Shown: positions 1-13,780, numbered from the stretch's first letter. The stretch is 64,000 bases of DNA from Macrostomum lignano (GCA_002269645.1 NIVC01001634.1:62001-126000), one strand, 5' to 3'. The notes: generated by a model not told the origin, from the letters alone. A program made the numbers and translations.

Positions 1-466
1 AAACCTGATATTGTTTACTGGTATGGCGCCAAACCTGATATTGTTTACCGGTATGGCGCCAAACCTGATATTGTTTACTGGTATGGTCCCAAACCTGATA
101 TTGTTTACCGGTATGGTCCCAAACCTGATATTGTTTACCGGTATGGTCCCAAACCTGATATTGTTTACTGGTATGGTCCCAAACCTGATATTGTTTACTG
201 GTATGGCGCCAAACCTGATATTGTTTACCGGTATGGTCCCAAACCTGATATTGTTTACTGGTATGGCGCCAAACCTGATATTGTTTACCGGTATGGTCCC
301 AAACCTGATATTGTTTACCGGTATGGTCCCAAACCTGATATTGTTTACTGGTATGGTCCCAAACCTGATATTGTTTACCGGTATGGTCCCAAACCTGATA
401 TTGTTTACCGGTATGGTCCCAAACCTGATATTGTTTATGGCGCCAAACCTATTATTGTTTATGGCG
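1..466. repeat. 30-bp minisatellite (AAACCTGATATTGTTTACYGGTATGGYSCC), about 14 copies, in an intron of the p75-like gene
   Basis: Direct 30-nt periodicity from base 1. Confidence 0.97.
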
Positions 467-486
467 TCACAACTTCCACAACTCAC

Positions 487-3400
487 CCAGCTCACTCGCC
501 AGCCGTCGCCACCTATCGGGATCAGCATCGTTAGCCAGAATATTCTCCAATCGTTGCATCCGCGATCCTGACAGTTCCCTCAACAGTCGCCGTCCGTCAA
601 CTAGAATATTGTCCTCGGTTGGCTCGCTGCCGCCGAATCCGCTATCGGCGCTGCGACGCTTCGGTCGACGACATCCGGAGGAGTTGGCTGCTGTTAGGGG
701 GAACTGGAACAGCACCAACTGCTCCTGATGCTCTGGCTCCTGATGCTCATGCTCAGGCTGATGCTGCTGTCGCAATGCTGACTCCACCGCAACCGCCTTC
801 TCCTCGGTTGTCGACATGCCCGCTCTTCTCAGCATCTGTTTGACAAGGATCCAGGCCACTAAACCGAGGATCAGGCAGCCGAGCAGGCCGCAGTACACGG
901 GCAGCAGGTCGGTGCCTTCGAGCAGGCTGCCAGCGCTGCTTGACGAGGCCGAAGATGACCAGCTTGGGGACAGCGGATCCGCACCTGCAGATGGAGACAT
1001 TTTGAGCTTAATAGTGAGAGCTGGAGTTGCGTGGATGATGGGAGTAGAGTGCTCCGATGTAACATGGTTGTACATGTGACTAATGAAGCGAAATAATATT
1101 TTAATTAATTAATTAGCTGAACATATGGGGATGTAGCTTAGTAGCTTAAGGAACAATTTGTGTCCTTGAGCCAGACAATTTAACTCTGAATTGCTTCAGT
1201 TGACCTAGATGTTAAATTGGTGTAATGCAGCATAGGGCAGGTGTAATCAATAATTGTTATTATTTCCATCTCCTTTACTTGTAAAATGCTGTTTAAGAAG
1301 TCCAAGCGTAAGAGAACCTTTAGAATTTTACGAGTATTTTTTTACGACACCTAATATAAATTATGTTATACAATACACACCATTTCAGCACACGCTGTAT
1401 CGGTTTTAGGCGCATAAAATCGATTTTTTCATACTTGTCCCAATATTATAGAACCAAAGCATTTTTAACGATTAATCAATTAAAGGCATCACCTCGCCAC
1501 TTTTAATTCTCGATCCAGTCGATATATATAGCTGTGGACCAATTAGTGGTGAATATATATGTACATTTGTCGACCATAAAAATTTTCTCTAAGTATCCCC
1601 TACTATAATGGAGATTTATGACTCTTCAAAACGGTTTGCATTATATTATACAACGGCCGTTTAATATTGGACAGGCGAACAATAAGATAAGAGCAATGAA
1701 ATCCGCAGATAAGCTATAACGGCAATTATCCGGCCAAAATTATTCTATTAATTATATATCGCTTTGACCATGAGTTCGGCAACTCCCTCCACTCCACGGC
1801 CCGCAAAGCCTCTGCATCCGGCCCTCGGGTCCTTTTAAACTTTACAATGGAAATCCGGCCCGCTTTAGGTTTTGTCTTTTCTCAGCTCCCTTCTCTCTGA
1901 TCTCCGCTCCTCTCTTCTCTCCTCTCTCTTCTCTCCTCTCTCTTCTCTCCTCTCTCTTCTCTCCTCTCTCTTCTCTCCTCTCTCTTCTCTCCTCTCCTCG
2001 CCTCCTGTCATGCGCTAGGTTCTCTATCTGGCCTTTGAGGTAAAAAAGTTTGCCGATCCTGCTCTGGACGATCTAATCAAAGAGACTTTAGTAGTCAAAC
2101 AAACCAGCAAACCAGACTATGGATTGGCCATTCTGGAGGGTGTCCGGAAAGTTCTGACACTTAAGCCGACGCCAAAAACAGTAGCAGCTGCAAGCACAAC
2201 TTTGGTGTCATTTTATAGCGGCACAGTCGCGCGTATTTTGGTCATTTCATTCAAAAGTTACGCGTGAAAAACCATCGCAATTCGCAATGCCACTGATAGT
2301 CTTACAGTAACAGGTGAAGTACATAACTTAGTCAGTTTTCTATGGATCTTATTGCTGGCTATGTCTATGGCCTATAGGCTATAGCCTCGGAGCAACGATA
2401 CGAGCCGTATTCAATCTATAGCTGGAGAATCGAGCTTTTGAAGACCTTTTAATTGTTTATGGCCCAAAAAGGGGGGGTCTGTGGAGCAGCCAATTTGAGA
2501 ACTTTTATTTTGATTCTCCTACTAACAAATTAAACTGTTTTGCTCCTATAGGCTCAATTGCGTTACTCCTACTAAGGATTGAAGAAAAAACAAAATATCC
2601 TCGTCAATGGGAATTCATATCTCCGCTAATCCAGACAGGGAAGGGGCTACTTAAAATTCAGCGTCAGTCGACGCCAGCCTCTTAATTAAAATACCTAATC
2701 AAGATTCAAGAGGATCGTGTCCCAAGGAGACAGTCGGACTACGAGACTATACTATTAGTAACTATTATATATATGTTATAGTATTTCGGAATTAGAATGA
2801 AGTATACATAGTACTTTTAGTAGCTTCATCTTTCATGCGTAAAGTTAATTTTTGTATGATAATATAGTTGTTCGCTTATTTGTCATAACCTAGTCATGCA
2901 GTATACATTGCTTCCATTCATCTAAATATAGGTGACCTCATATTGCACTGAAATCTACGCTAGTACCATGAAACATAAATTATATTTTAAAACCGTGATG
3001 CAGTCGTTTGGACTTAAGTGTACTGAAACAACTCTAGACTTTTTAATGCTTTCATTCTTGTAAAAAAACGTTTTCTCCCTGCGGTTGTGTCAGCAAGGAA
3101 TTCCCAATCCTATCTCTAACACGCCTACGCAGTGCATTGCAGCAGCAGTGCTAATGCTAAGCTGCGAAGATAAGGATTCAAATGTGTTTCTCTCGAAGCT
3201 TTCTTTGATTTCACCGAAAACATTTCTTCCGTTCCTCATTTCCTACAACAGTTAGATTTCATCTTCGTCTAGAACGTCCTTAAATTAATTTCCCTTTTCC
3301 ACTTATTTTCTTCGCTGACGAGTGACGTGCTGTGCGAAATTGCTAAGGAAGACTGAAAGGCAAAACTAAAATTTCCACTTTTTTCCACTATTGGTTTTAT

Positions 3401-6400
3401 GGCTTTCCCTTATGCCCAGCTATAGAATGAAGGGCATTAAAGGCAGGCGGGTCCCCTACCGGTTCAACCCATGCAAAGAAATAAAAGAGAACCAAATTAC
3501 CCTCTCCCTTGCAAAAAAGACTTTTATGACCCAACACCACAGTGCAAGAGCCAGGCCCGAAGCTATTTAGGAGCTTTGGTCTGGGCGGGCAGGGGTTAAA
3601 ATGGGGTGGGCGGTTTGAGGTTGTAAAGCCTACCACCCCTGACCGCCCAAACACCAAAACAGCGTGGTCAACCAACGGGCAAGACCAGACCCCCTAAGGA
3701 GGGATGGCCTACTAAGGCGGGGTGGTTGCTTGAGGTTGTAAAACCACAGCCCTAAAAACTATTTAGGAGAGAGTAAAGCCTGAAACTGGGGTTGACGGCT
3801 GAGGTTGTAAAATCGTACCCTTATTCCACAAACCCCGCCGCAGAATAACCGCTAACTGACTACCCCTCTCTGTCCTCCGCTTTTCTCTTCTCGGGGCTTG
3901 GGTTTGGGGAGGGTAATTTTAACATCAAAAGCCCAAAAGAAAAACCGCGAAGGCCTGCCTCTTTTAAGGGTGTATGGGGGGAGGCTAGCGGGGGCTCATT
4001 ATAAATGCTAGCGGCCCGCTGGTCACCCACCTCAGCTCCAATCAGCCTCCCCCAAAAATGCCCTCCCCCGCCAAATGGCTCCGAAAGACCCCTCAAGTTC
4101 CAAGCTTGGGAGTTGGGTTGGGACCCCCGAGCAATGATTTACTACTACTAGCGTCAGTATCGCCGGCTTATGTGATAACCGCACACTGGTTGGCCTGGCC
4201 GTCTTAGCTTAGTTTGCTGAACGCGTGCGTTTTCGCATGTGGTTGCAATTGCAAATTACAATGCTTTTAACGATTAGTAATTCTCGTACATTATCGTACA
4301 CTATCGATCCCTTTGGTTTTGAATTGGTTGGAAATTCATTTTAATCTGGGTTTGATTAAACATTAAAAAATCAATAATATTGCAATGATAATGAATACAA
4401 AAAATACACGGGTATCATAGACATAGAGAGAGAGAGGTCAGTGTTTAGTTGGCTAAAGAATCGGTAGCGGACAGACTCACGATAGCAGTTGAAACCATAT
4501 CTTATCTCCATCTCATGTCATGTGGTAGGAAAATATATAATTCGGATGTACCGTGGGGGGGGGGGGTGCATGACCCTCATCGGCCTCATGGCATGCCTAA
4601 GACCGGAAGCAAGCTGTAAAGCAGCTTCAGTTACCCTGCAGGTCCAATTAGCTCGTAAATAGCGCATCAATATATGGATGCTGTATATAGGAATTGAGAT
4701 CGGAATTAGACGGGTTGCTATTTATTGCAGTATCAATGCAGTATGCCCATTGCTAATTCACTCACAAAGGATGCTGTACACAGTAAAAAACTTTAGGCGT
4801 CTTCATGGTCAAGTAAACTCGTAAAGCTATTCAAGCTATAGCTATTGTGTTCGTATTAAGGATTGGAAGAAAAGGGAGACAAGAGACAAGTCACAACAGA
4901 GACAAGAGACAAGTCACAACAGAGACAAGAGACAAGTCACAACAGAGACAAGTCACAACAGAGACAAGAGACAAGTCACAACAGAGACAAGAGACAAGTC
5001 ACAACAGAGACAAGAGACAAGTCACAACAGAGACAAGTCACAACAGAGACAAGAGACAAGTCACAACAGAGACAAGAGACAAGTCACAACAGAGACAAGA
5101 GACAAGTCACAACAGAGACAAGAGACAAGTCACAACAGAGACAAGAGACAAGTCACAACAGAGACAAGAGACAAGTCACAACAGAGACAAGAGACAAGTC
5201 ACAACAGAGACAAGAGACAAGTCACAACAGAGACAAGAGACAAGTCACAACAGAGACAAGAGACAAGTCACAACAGAGACAAGAGACAAGTCACAAGAGA
5301 CAAGTCAAAAGAGAGAAAAGACACAAGTCACAACAAACAAGTCACAACAGACTAGTCACAACATACATGTCACAACATACATGTCACAACTCACAAGAGA
5401 CAAGTCACAAGAGACAAGTCACAAGAGACAAGTCACAAGAGACAAGTCACAAGAGACAAGTCACAAGAGACAAGTCACAAGAGACAAGTCACAACATACA
5501 TGTCACAACAAACATGTCACAAGAGAAGTCACAACAGACAAGTCACAACATACATGTCACAACATACATGTCACAAGAGACAAGTCACAACAGACAAGTC
5601 ACAACATACATGTCACAAGAGAAGTCACAACAGACAAGTCACAACATACATGTCACAACATACATGTCACAAGAGACAAGTCACAACAGACAAGTCACAA
5701 CATACATGTCACAAGAGAAGTCACAACAGACAAGTCACAACATACATGTCACAACATACATGTCACAAGAGACAAGTCACAACAGAGACAATTGAGACAA
5801 GACCACAGGCAAGTCACAAAAGAGACAAGTCACAACAGACAAGTCAGTGAGACACAACAGGCCGGGGCCTCCCTAAACCCAAAGGAAAAACAATAGCTAT
5901 CATCTGAAATTATGATAATAACAATGCATATAAAATGCAGCCCATATCGTGGGGAGCTATATTGATTCTTCTTTCCTAACTTCTTGTGCTGCAGCAAGCA
6001 AAAGAAAGCTGCACATTTGCTGCACAGCAATTTATTTGAAAAGGGTCTGACCGCCAAGCCCCCCATCCCACCGCCATTGCTAAGCATGCAGCAGCAGCGG
6101 CAGTTGTAAATTTTCAAAGCAATTTTTATTGCCACATAGCTAATAATATGCATATAATATATGAATACACTATACTACCAGGGTAAGGCATCGGATCCAT
6201 CTATAAGCTTAGCTATATATAGATATTTATTGTGGCCCCTCTGGTGCTGTCCGAAATGGAGATTTCCGTAAAGAACTGTAGGCGCTAAAGAAGCACAAAG
6301 CAAGCAAGCACTCTCCTCTCCTCCTCCCCCACTCCGCTCCGGAGCGCAAACGCGATGTTGCGTTTAGTTGCGATGCAATGTCCAAGAATGCAAAGTTTTA

Positions 6401-8772
6401 CGACTTGCTCATATAAAAGTCGTGTTTGTCTGTGACTCGATATGCGTCTGCATATTCACCATTTGCTTGGCCTAAATACAGTATAATTGCTGTTGCCTGC
6501 AGTTGACGGTGGAGCCCTTTGTGCAGCAGATGTGCTCTTGCTTAGCAACCATATTGTAGTCAAGGCGGTCAAATAAGTTTTAGGGGCGCCTATTAAAAGG
6601 GCTACCGATGAGGGGCGCCTATTGAGGGGGGGCGCCAATTGAGGGGCGCCGATAATTAAGAGGCGCCGATTGAAGGGGGGGGGGCGCCGATTGAGGGGCG
6701 CCGATTGAGGAAGGCGATTAAAAGGGGCTACCGATTGAGGGGCGCCGATTGAGGGAGGCGCCGATTGAGGGGGCGCCGATTAAAAGGGGCTACCGATTGA
6801 GGGGCGCCGATTGAGGGGGGCGCCGATTGAGGGGGGCGCCGATTGAGGGGGCGCCGAATAAGGGGAGCCAGTTAAGGGGGGCGCCGAATGAGGGGAGCCA
6901 GTTAAAGGGGGGCGCCGATTGAGGAGCGCCAATTGAGGGGGCCGCCGATTCATTGGGCGCCGAATAAAAGGGGTGCCGATTAAAAGGGGCGCCGATTAAA
7001 AGGGCGCCGATTTAGGTGGATGCTTATTTACCGAGGGGATTGGGGCGCCGATTACAGAAAGATTAATTATTTTAAATAAGCCAAAGCCTTCAAAGGGCTT
7101 TTCTATTTTTTCCGATTTCGGGGATTAATGATCATAGAAGATGAGGATGGAAAAATCTTAAAAGGAAATATGCTTGGCATAGAAAGCATGGAGTTTGATA
7201 CCAAAATTATTTTCAATATAGAAATCGCAATTTTTGATGAATTTCCAACGCTCATGATTGGGGCCTATGGGCGGCGGAGTGCTCATAATATTCCCCAACT
7301 GGGATTTTGCCATGCACTGCAGGCGACACGCGGCGGGAATTGGCCGAATTGGGGATATTTTATCCGCGGACGCACACGATGCGATGGAATTTCGATTTCC
7401 ATATTGGCGGCCTGGATATTTTATACGAGTTTTTAAGGATTTAAGCCTATAATACTGGGATTTTTATGCGGAACCATGGAAAAGACGAAAATGTGTTTTT
7501 GCGTTCTTTTTTAAGGCCAAGCATGTATAGCTTTAGTGGCATGCTTAAAATATTTATAAAATTCCTAACGCAGATCTCATAATATAATTTTGGGGCTGCT
7601 TTTTTTGCAGTAACTGTATACATGCATTTCACATTTCTAGCGATTGCTCAATTCTATTTGGTAGAATTTGCTTTAGTAGAGTTACTGCGGCATCCACCTA
7701 AGGATCTGGAGGGTCTAGCAGCACCCACTGAAGGATCTGGAGGGTCTAGCGGCACCCACTGAAGGATCTGGAGGGTGTAGCGGCACCCACTGAAGGATCT
7801 GGAGGGTGTAGCGGCACCCACTGAAGGATCTGGAGGGTCTAGCAGCACCCACTGAAGGATCTGGAGGGTCTAGCGGCACCCACTGAAGGATCTGGAGGGT
7901 GTAGCGGCACCCACTGAAGGATCTTGAGGGTCTAGCAGCACCCACTGAAGGATCTGGAGGGTCTAGCAGCACCCAATGAAGGATCTGGAGGGTCTAGCAG
8001 CACCCACTGAAGGATCTTGAGGGTCTAGCAGCACCCACTGAAGGATCTGGAGGGTCTAGCAGCACCCACTGAAGGATCTGGAGGGTGTAGCAGCACCCAC
8101 TGAAGGATCTGGAGGGTCTAGCAGCACCCAATGAAGGATCTGGAGGGTGTAGCAGCACCCATTGAAGGATCTGGAGGGTGTAGCGGCAGCTACTGAAGGA
8201 TCTGGAGGGTGTAGCGGCACTCACTGAAGGATCTGGAAGGTGTAGCAGCACCCACTGAAGGATCTGGAGGGTGTAGCGGCACCCACTGAAGATCTGGAGG
8301 GTCTAGCAGCACCCACTGAAGGATCTGGAGGGTGTAGCAGCACCCACTGAAGGATCTGGAGGGTGTAGCAGCACCCACTGAAGGATCTGGAGGGTGTAGC
8401 AGCACCCACTGAAGGATCTGGAGGGTGTAGCAGCACCCACTGAAGGATCTGGAGGGTGTAGCAGCACCCACTGAAGGATCTGGAGGGTGTAGCAGCACCC
8501 ACTGAAGGATCTGGAGGGTGTAGCAGCACCCACTGAAGGATCTGGAGGGTGTAGCAGCACCCACTGAAGGATCTGGTGAGGTTTATACACGGTTTATGAA
8601 AATAACGTACATATGCTTAAAGCACAGAGAACTGTCAATTACCTTGACTGCTAACATGAATCACTGCTGTCGAGTTTTCATTATCGTTTTGATCGCCAGA
8701 AGTCAGCGCTAGATTTCCGTTGTCAATCAACTCCTTCCAGCTTGCTGGCTGCTGTGACAGAGCAGGCGGCAT
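487..8772 (-). CDS. p75NTR/NRADD-like transmembrane death-domain protein, 3' partial. Exons 8772-8643 (putative first) and 984-487; the gene continues left of 487
   Basis: GTDLLPVYCGLLGCLILGLVAWILVKQ aligns with the p75NTR TM segment (NLIPVYCSILAAVVVGLVAYIAFKR). It is followed by the start of a death-domain-like segment (LENILANDADPDRWRRLASELG). Donor GTGAGT at 486, acceptor CAG at 987-985. Exon 8772-8643 ends CAAG|GTAATT in phase 1, matching the phase-1 acceptor. The link to that upstream exon is less certain than exon 984-487 itself. Confidence 0.7.
1128..1255 (+). mobile_element. Degenerate, internally deleted copy of the CORE-type tRNA SINE
   Basis: GAACAATTTGTGTCCTTGAGCCAGACAATTTAACTCTGAATTGCTTCAGTT matches the reverse complement of the copies at 27290-27574 and 34745-34993. 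Confidence 0.7.
1769..2061. mobile_element. Non-autonomous hAT (Charlie/MER58-like) MITE with an internal CT microsatellite
   Basis: Left end CATGAGTTCGGCAACT...ACGGCCCGC...ATCCGGCCC; right end AAAGTTTGCCGATCCTG (imperfect inverted repeats of the CAGGGGTCGGCAAACT type). The 8-bp target-site duplication is only partly matched. Confidence 0.5.
4873..5850. repeat. 23-bp minisatellite (AGAGACAAGAGACAAGTCACAAC) grading into ACAAGTCAC/ACATACATGTCAC variants
   Basis: Visible periodicity; the translations repeat every 23 aa (three units). Confidence 0.95.
6580..7052. repeat. Minisatellite of about 15-16 bp with a GGCGCC core (GAGGGGCGCCGATT)
   Basis: Many degenerate copies are visible. Confidence 0.9.
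7686..8576. repeat. 31-bp minisatellite (GCACCCACTGAAGGATCTGGAGGGTSTAGCA), about 28 copies
   Basis: Direct periodicity; it ends about 65 nt from the donor at 8642. Confidence 0.97.
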
Positions 8773-11700
8773 AATTTTAAGGAAATGGAAATTATCTCTG
8801 ACTATAATTAGAAATAATTTTGAAAGATTTGAATCGACTCCGAGAGTGAGCACCTACAAGTTCTTTTTTCACCCTAAACAGCTATTTTTCTCTGTAGAAA
8901 TTGCAGTCGGCTCCTTTGATGTTTTGCTGCCTTGACAGTCATATATTTGTAGCCCATGTACACCCCACTCCGTTATCTTATTGGCTCTTGCAGATATTAA
9001 ATACTGTTTACAATAATTTTTTCACCCACTATCCTGTCTATACTTACGGCTACTGTTAGTAGTCTGTTACGTTGCAAGTGAAATGCATTGTATTTCTTTG
9101 CAAGAATACATAAAATTAGCCTTACATACAAAAAAGCCAAAACAAAGGACAAAAGGTGAAAGTTCAAGGTCCAAAGACCAATTGAGCGAAATGGTACATG
9201 TAAGCTAGGGTCACGCGGATTCTGCGTCATGCCAGCACTGTCGCAGGAGCACTGACGTATCAGCCTATCACCTGGGCTGAGCCCCCCCCCCCATACATGT
9301 ATGGGGTATGGGCCCTGTCACTCCTCAAAAGGTGCAGTGCTTTGGTAGACAGCAGCAGCTGGCTGAGCGGGTTATGAGAAAACAGTTCATATAGGTAAGA
9401 ATTCCGCGCCATACAATTCCACCAGCTGATATAGTTTCTTTGCTATTTCAGCGAATAAACCGACAAAGCTTTGCACTGCTTTTAGCTTACATATATATAG
9501 TATACGTACATGTAGCTGTAGGCATAATGCAGGGTTCATAATCAACAAATTAACCTTAACCTGGATAGCGGATTCAAGTAGAATATTTGACCAGTTGCGT
9601 TAAAATGAGTCATATTAGTCATATTAGTGCATATATGGTATTTTGTGTATTAAGTATATCCTATTTAGTGATAACAAGTCATATTTGCGATTGCGAAATT
9701 GTCTTGTGTTTGCTTAAACTGCTTTCTAGGAATGTTGTAAAAATTCAAAATAATGAAAATCAGCGGGTTTTAACGCCCGTTTCCCGTTATAATAATAATA
9801 ATGATGATGATGATAATAGGGCCTTTTCATATTGCTTGTTGTGGTTCCAGAACCAGATCCAATTTGTAAAGTATTACTTTTTGTCTCCTACACTAGAGGG
9901 ATAGACAAGCTATAATGTTGTAATTATTGAATGGCAATGGCCAAGAACAATGTGAAAAATTGTGCAAAGTAAGGCTGCTGGCTGTTAATTAAGGCAGTTA
10001 GGCACTAGGTAGTCACTCAAACATTTAACAAAGTTACATAGATAGATAGTTATACTGCTTTTTTGGAAGATCCGAATGGATTCTGGTTCTGAAATTGGTA
10101 ATGTGAAAAGCCTCATGACATAATAGGCATTAACAAACATTGAGTAGGCCTAAGATAAATATTATTATTTTAAAAAATAAAATAAGTAGGCCTAATCCTA
10201 GGATTCCTAGACTGTGCTGTACATCATTTGTCGAGGATATTTTAATGGCTCCAGCCAAAGTCATCATATTCAAGATTGTCATATCATCCATCCATCTATA
10301 TGCAGGTTGCAAGAAAAACAACTCAAGTCTAAGTCTAAATCATCTAAATCATCAATGTCTCAGCAATGGCAACACAGTTTCTCTAGTTAGGGGGGGGGCA
10401 GGGGGCAGTAGTAGTTAGGTGGTCACCCCCCATTCTCTAAGGTAGATGGTCACCCTTCTAAGAAAGTATAAAAATATGAGTGGTCGAGTGGACAAGCGTG
10501 GTACCTGTGGTTTTAGGCTACTGGTTCAGTTTTGCTGCTATTTCTATTATCATGTACTTTTAATTTGGTAGGTTGCTGCCACCAGACTAATGTCCCTTAT
10601 AGTTAATGTTAAATTAAAATAAGTGAAACAAGAGTCAATGTTATGTAAGGTTATTAGAACACACAAAGAAGGTATTATTTAACACCAAATATGCAAAGAG
10701 TAAAGTTCACACTATTAGTTCCCTATGTTAACAATTCGGTAGACTCCGATTCTTAATTAGACTAATGGTAGACTCCCTTAGTCTTTCCCTATTTTATCTA
10801 ACTGACTATACTTAATATTCCTATTCTCGGTAGACTCCGTTTTGACTAAGTGGTAGACTCCTTCTTAGCCTCCCTATTTTACCCTGGACTTACCCTTTAA
10901 TTTCCTTTATGTTTTCAGAATTTTAGTATTTTTATCTTTCATACAAGGGGAGACTCCCTTATATTTGAGTTTGTGCTTTGAGACTTAGTCTCTGAAATAT
11001 TGTCCTAATGGACGGCCTTGCATGGGGATGCTTTAGACTGATTGTCCCGCACGGGATGCTTTTCCCGAGGACTATGACTATGACTATGATAAGTGCTTCC
11101 GGCGCCTCAGCCTAAGTAAAAAGGCTCTTACGCCACTAGAGATAAATAAGTTCCAGAATGGGAGTGTACTAATGTACACTAAAAGCCAAATTAGACTATA
11201 GAGGACTGTACAGGGCAGTATCAGAAAAACCAAACCTCCCCGGGGGACAATGACAGCAGTTCGACGAACCAGTCAGGAAGCCCGTGCCCAAAAAACCAGG
11301 TTAGAAGGCCCCCAAAGCCTATTAGAGATGGCCCGAAGGCCTAGAGCCGTGGCAACCATGCTGGGGCCGACCACCCACCACCCCCGGGTACAAATCAAAA
11401 ACCTCCCCGGGGCCAGAGGGGGTTGAGTGAACCATTCAGGGAAGCCCATGCCTACTCCTGGGTTAGTTAAGCCAATGCCAGTCATTTGACCGCTCCCCAC
11501 GGCCGTGGCAACCCGAAGGAGCCTCCCCCCCCAACTAAGCCCCGGGTACTCTTGCCAACAGACAGTCTCTTATCTTTGAAGCGGCAGGAGGGCTAATCGC
11601 CGGGACTGTTTCACCCTTTGCTTTGCCAACCCGCCATTTCTATTGTGACCGTGCCAATGGTCCCGTCCTGCTCAGACTCAGTCCTGGTTCTGGCACACTC

Positions 11701-13780
11701 TAGCTTAAATAGGGTCGCTGGCTGTACGCTCAAAGGGCGCCTGAGGGATACCGTCAGAGCACCTTGGTACAGGTATAGGCCTGCCTTCCTATACAGCTAC
11801 CCACAGCCTCTCCCGATCCACTATTACCCTCCAACCCAGCCTACTCACTCATTACAAGCTTTCAGCCAGGCAGAGACAAGTTTCACAGAAGTGACTGCGG
11901 TTAGGCGTCTCTATGCTTTTCCCGAGGCTAAACAGCCTTTTACTAATAGAGGAACCTGCTAGTACTCGAATTCCCACAACTTCAGATATTTCCCGAGGGT
12001 GAACTACTAACAGTAGCGTAAAAGCAAAACTGCTTATTCTAGAATTCATGCTAATAAAATAATTCATCCCGACGAATGGCAAACGCTTTAGCAAAACTGC
12101 TTGAAACTAAACCCCCTACTACATGAGCAAATTATGATATACTTCTTACAAAATGAATAGGCCTATACAACATGAAATTTCTTATAAAAATCCATTTTTA
12201 ATCATTGATGCAAGTTGCATAAAAAGGGGTGACTATCTGCCCTCCCTTCCTAGGGTCTTTTTGAGGGCTGTGGGGATGGTGGGCCAGTCACTCCCCTTGA
12301 AGCAGTGACTTATGGTTACCCTAGGCCTAGGGCAGCTGCCCCCTGGCCCCCCTATCCCTCCCCCTATGCTGCCACTGCTATCTTAGCATTGGACAATGCT
12401 ACATTCACTAGGCTGAGGCCTAGGCCTAAATAATCATTATGTTCCATTGGCTATACAAGGATCTTGGCTTTTATAGCTACAACATGCCAACATGACTATA
12501 TCATGTCATGAGATAGTTTGCCAACAAAAAATTTCTAACTTTAAATTATTTTCATAGGCCTAGGCATACTATTGCCTATTGGCTTAAAAGATATTCAAAT
12601 GTTAAAGTCCTGCAGGTTGGCCATGTTTTATCATCAAATGAAAATTTAGAATATGACAATTTTGAATCTTTTTTTTTGATTATACCCATTTTAATATCCT
12701 TATATAGTATTAAGTTTTCTATTATTTTGGGCAATCCTTTTGTACCCCCTATAAATTCTAAAAAGGCCTTTTCAAACTAAAATAAAATATTTTAATTTAA
12801 GTAAAGTTAGAGTAGGCCTACTGCCTACAATCTAAGCTAAGGACTAGGCCTACTCTAACTCAAGTCAAGTACTTAAGACAAATAAGTAAGCCTCTTGGCC
12901 TAATCCTTGGTACAATCTTTTACCCTAGGCCTAAAATTATATAGGCCTAAGGATCATCTAGTCTATTTCAACAAAAGCTAAACTTAAATTTCTTGTGATT
13001 TAGCAAAGATGACCTTTAGCAATTTAGTAATTGCCAATTGATTTAGGCAAGTTCTTTTATAATTAACTTGGGGTTGGATCATACATGCCTAACCTCAAAA
13101 TTTCACCCATCTGGTACAACTTAGTTTTGTCTAGGACTCTAGATTTGCAACTTAGTTTCTCCCAATTGCAACTTAGTTTCTCCCAATTGTGACTTAGTTC
13201 CTTTTGCAACTTAATTTTTAGTTTATATGACTTTTCTTGCCTTTTACTCTTCTCTTCTCTTTCTCTTTCTCTCTCCTCTTTCCCTTCTCTCTCTTCTCCC
13301 TCCTTTCTTTTCCTTTTCTCTTCCTTTCCTTTCTTTCTTCCCCCAATTTTTCATTTTTTTCATTTTTGATTTTGCAACTTATCTTGGCTAATGGCCATTT
13401 CACCTGTCCAGTTCAGACAGGTGTTGGGCATGTATGGGTTGGATGACTAGAAAAGGACAATATCACATTTTTTTATTTTCAAAACAAGACCAATTTGATT
13501 AAGATTTAAGATTAATCCTAATTAGCATTTAGTTGGCCTTTTTACACTAGGCCTAGGCCTAATTTAACTATAAATGCTAATATGGTTAGGGCTTATTTTT
13601 TAATGTGTATAGGCCTAGGCCTAAGTATAATGATAACATTACAAAGAAAAACAATAAATGAATATTTAATATTAAGCAGAATATTAATAATAATTTGGTA
13701 TGTATCATTGTCAAATTCAAATATAAATATAATAATGATAGTATCATAGACATAGTCATATTCTATAGGCCCATACATGC

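Noticed and set aside
11-571. 186-aa ORF (MAPNLILFTG repeats)
   Set aside because: Translation of a 30-bp intronic minisatellite antisense to the p75-like gene.
2135-2290. GGGTGTCCGGAAAGTT resembling a mariner-type terminal repeat
   Set aside because: No matching opposite end or transposase was found.
3616-3627. Resemblance of TGAGGTTGTA to let-7
   Set aside because: The seed differs (let-7 is UGAGGUAG) and there is no pre-miRNA-length stem.
4847-5896. Long ORFs in all three frames
   Set aside because: They arise from a stop-free 23-bp repeat; open frames throughout point to low complexity, not coding.
7128-7436. 102-aa ATG ORF
   Set aside because: No recognisable motif or splice context; possibly a transposon remnant, but unsupported.
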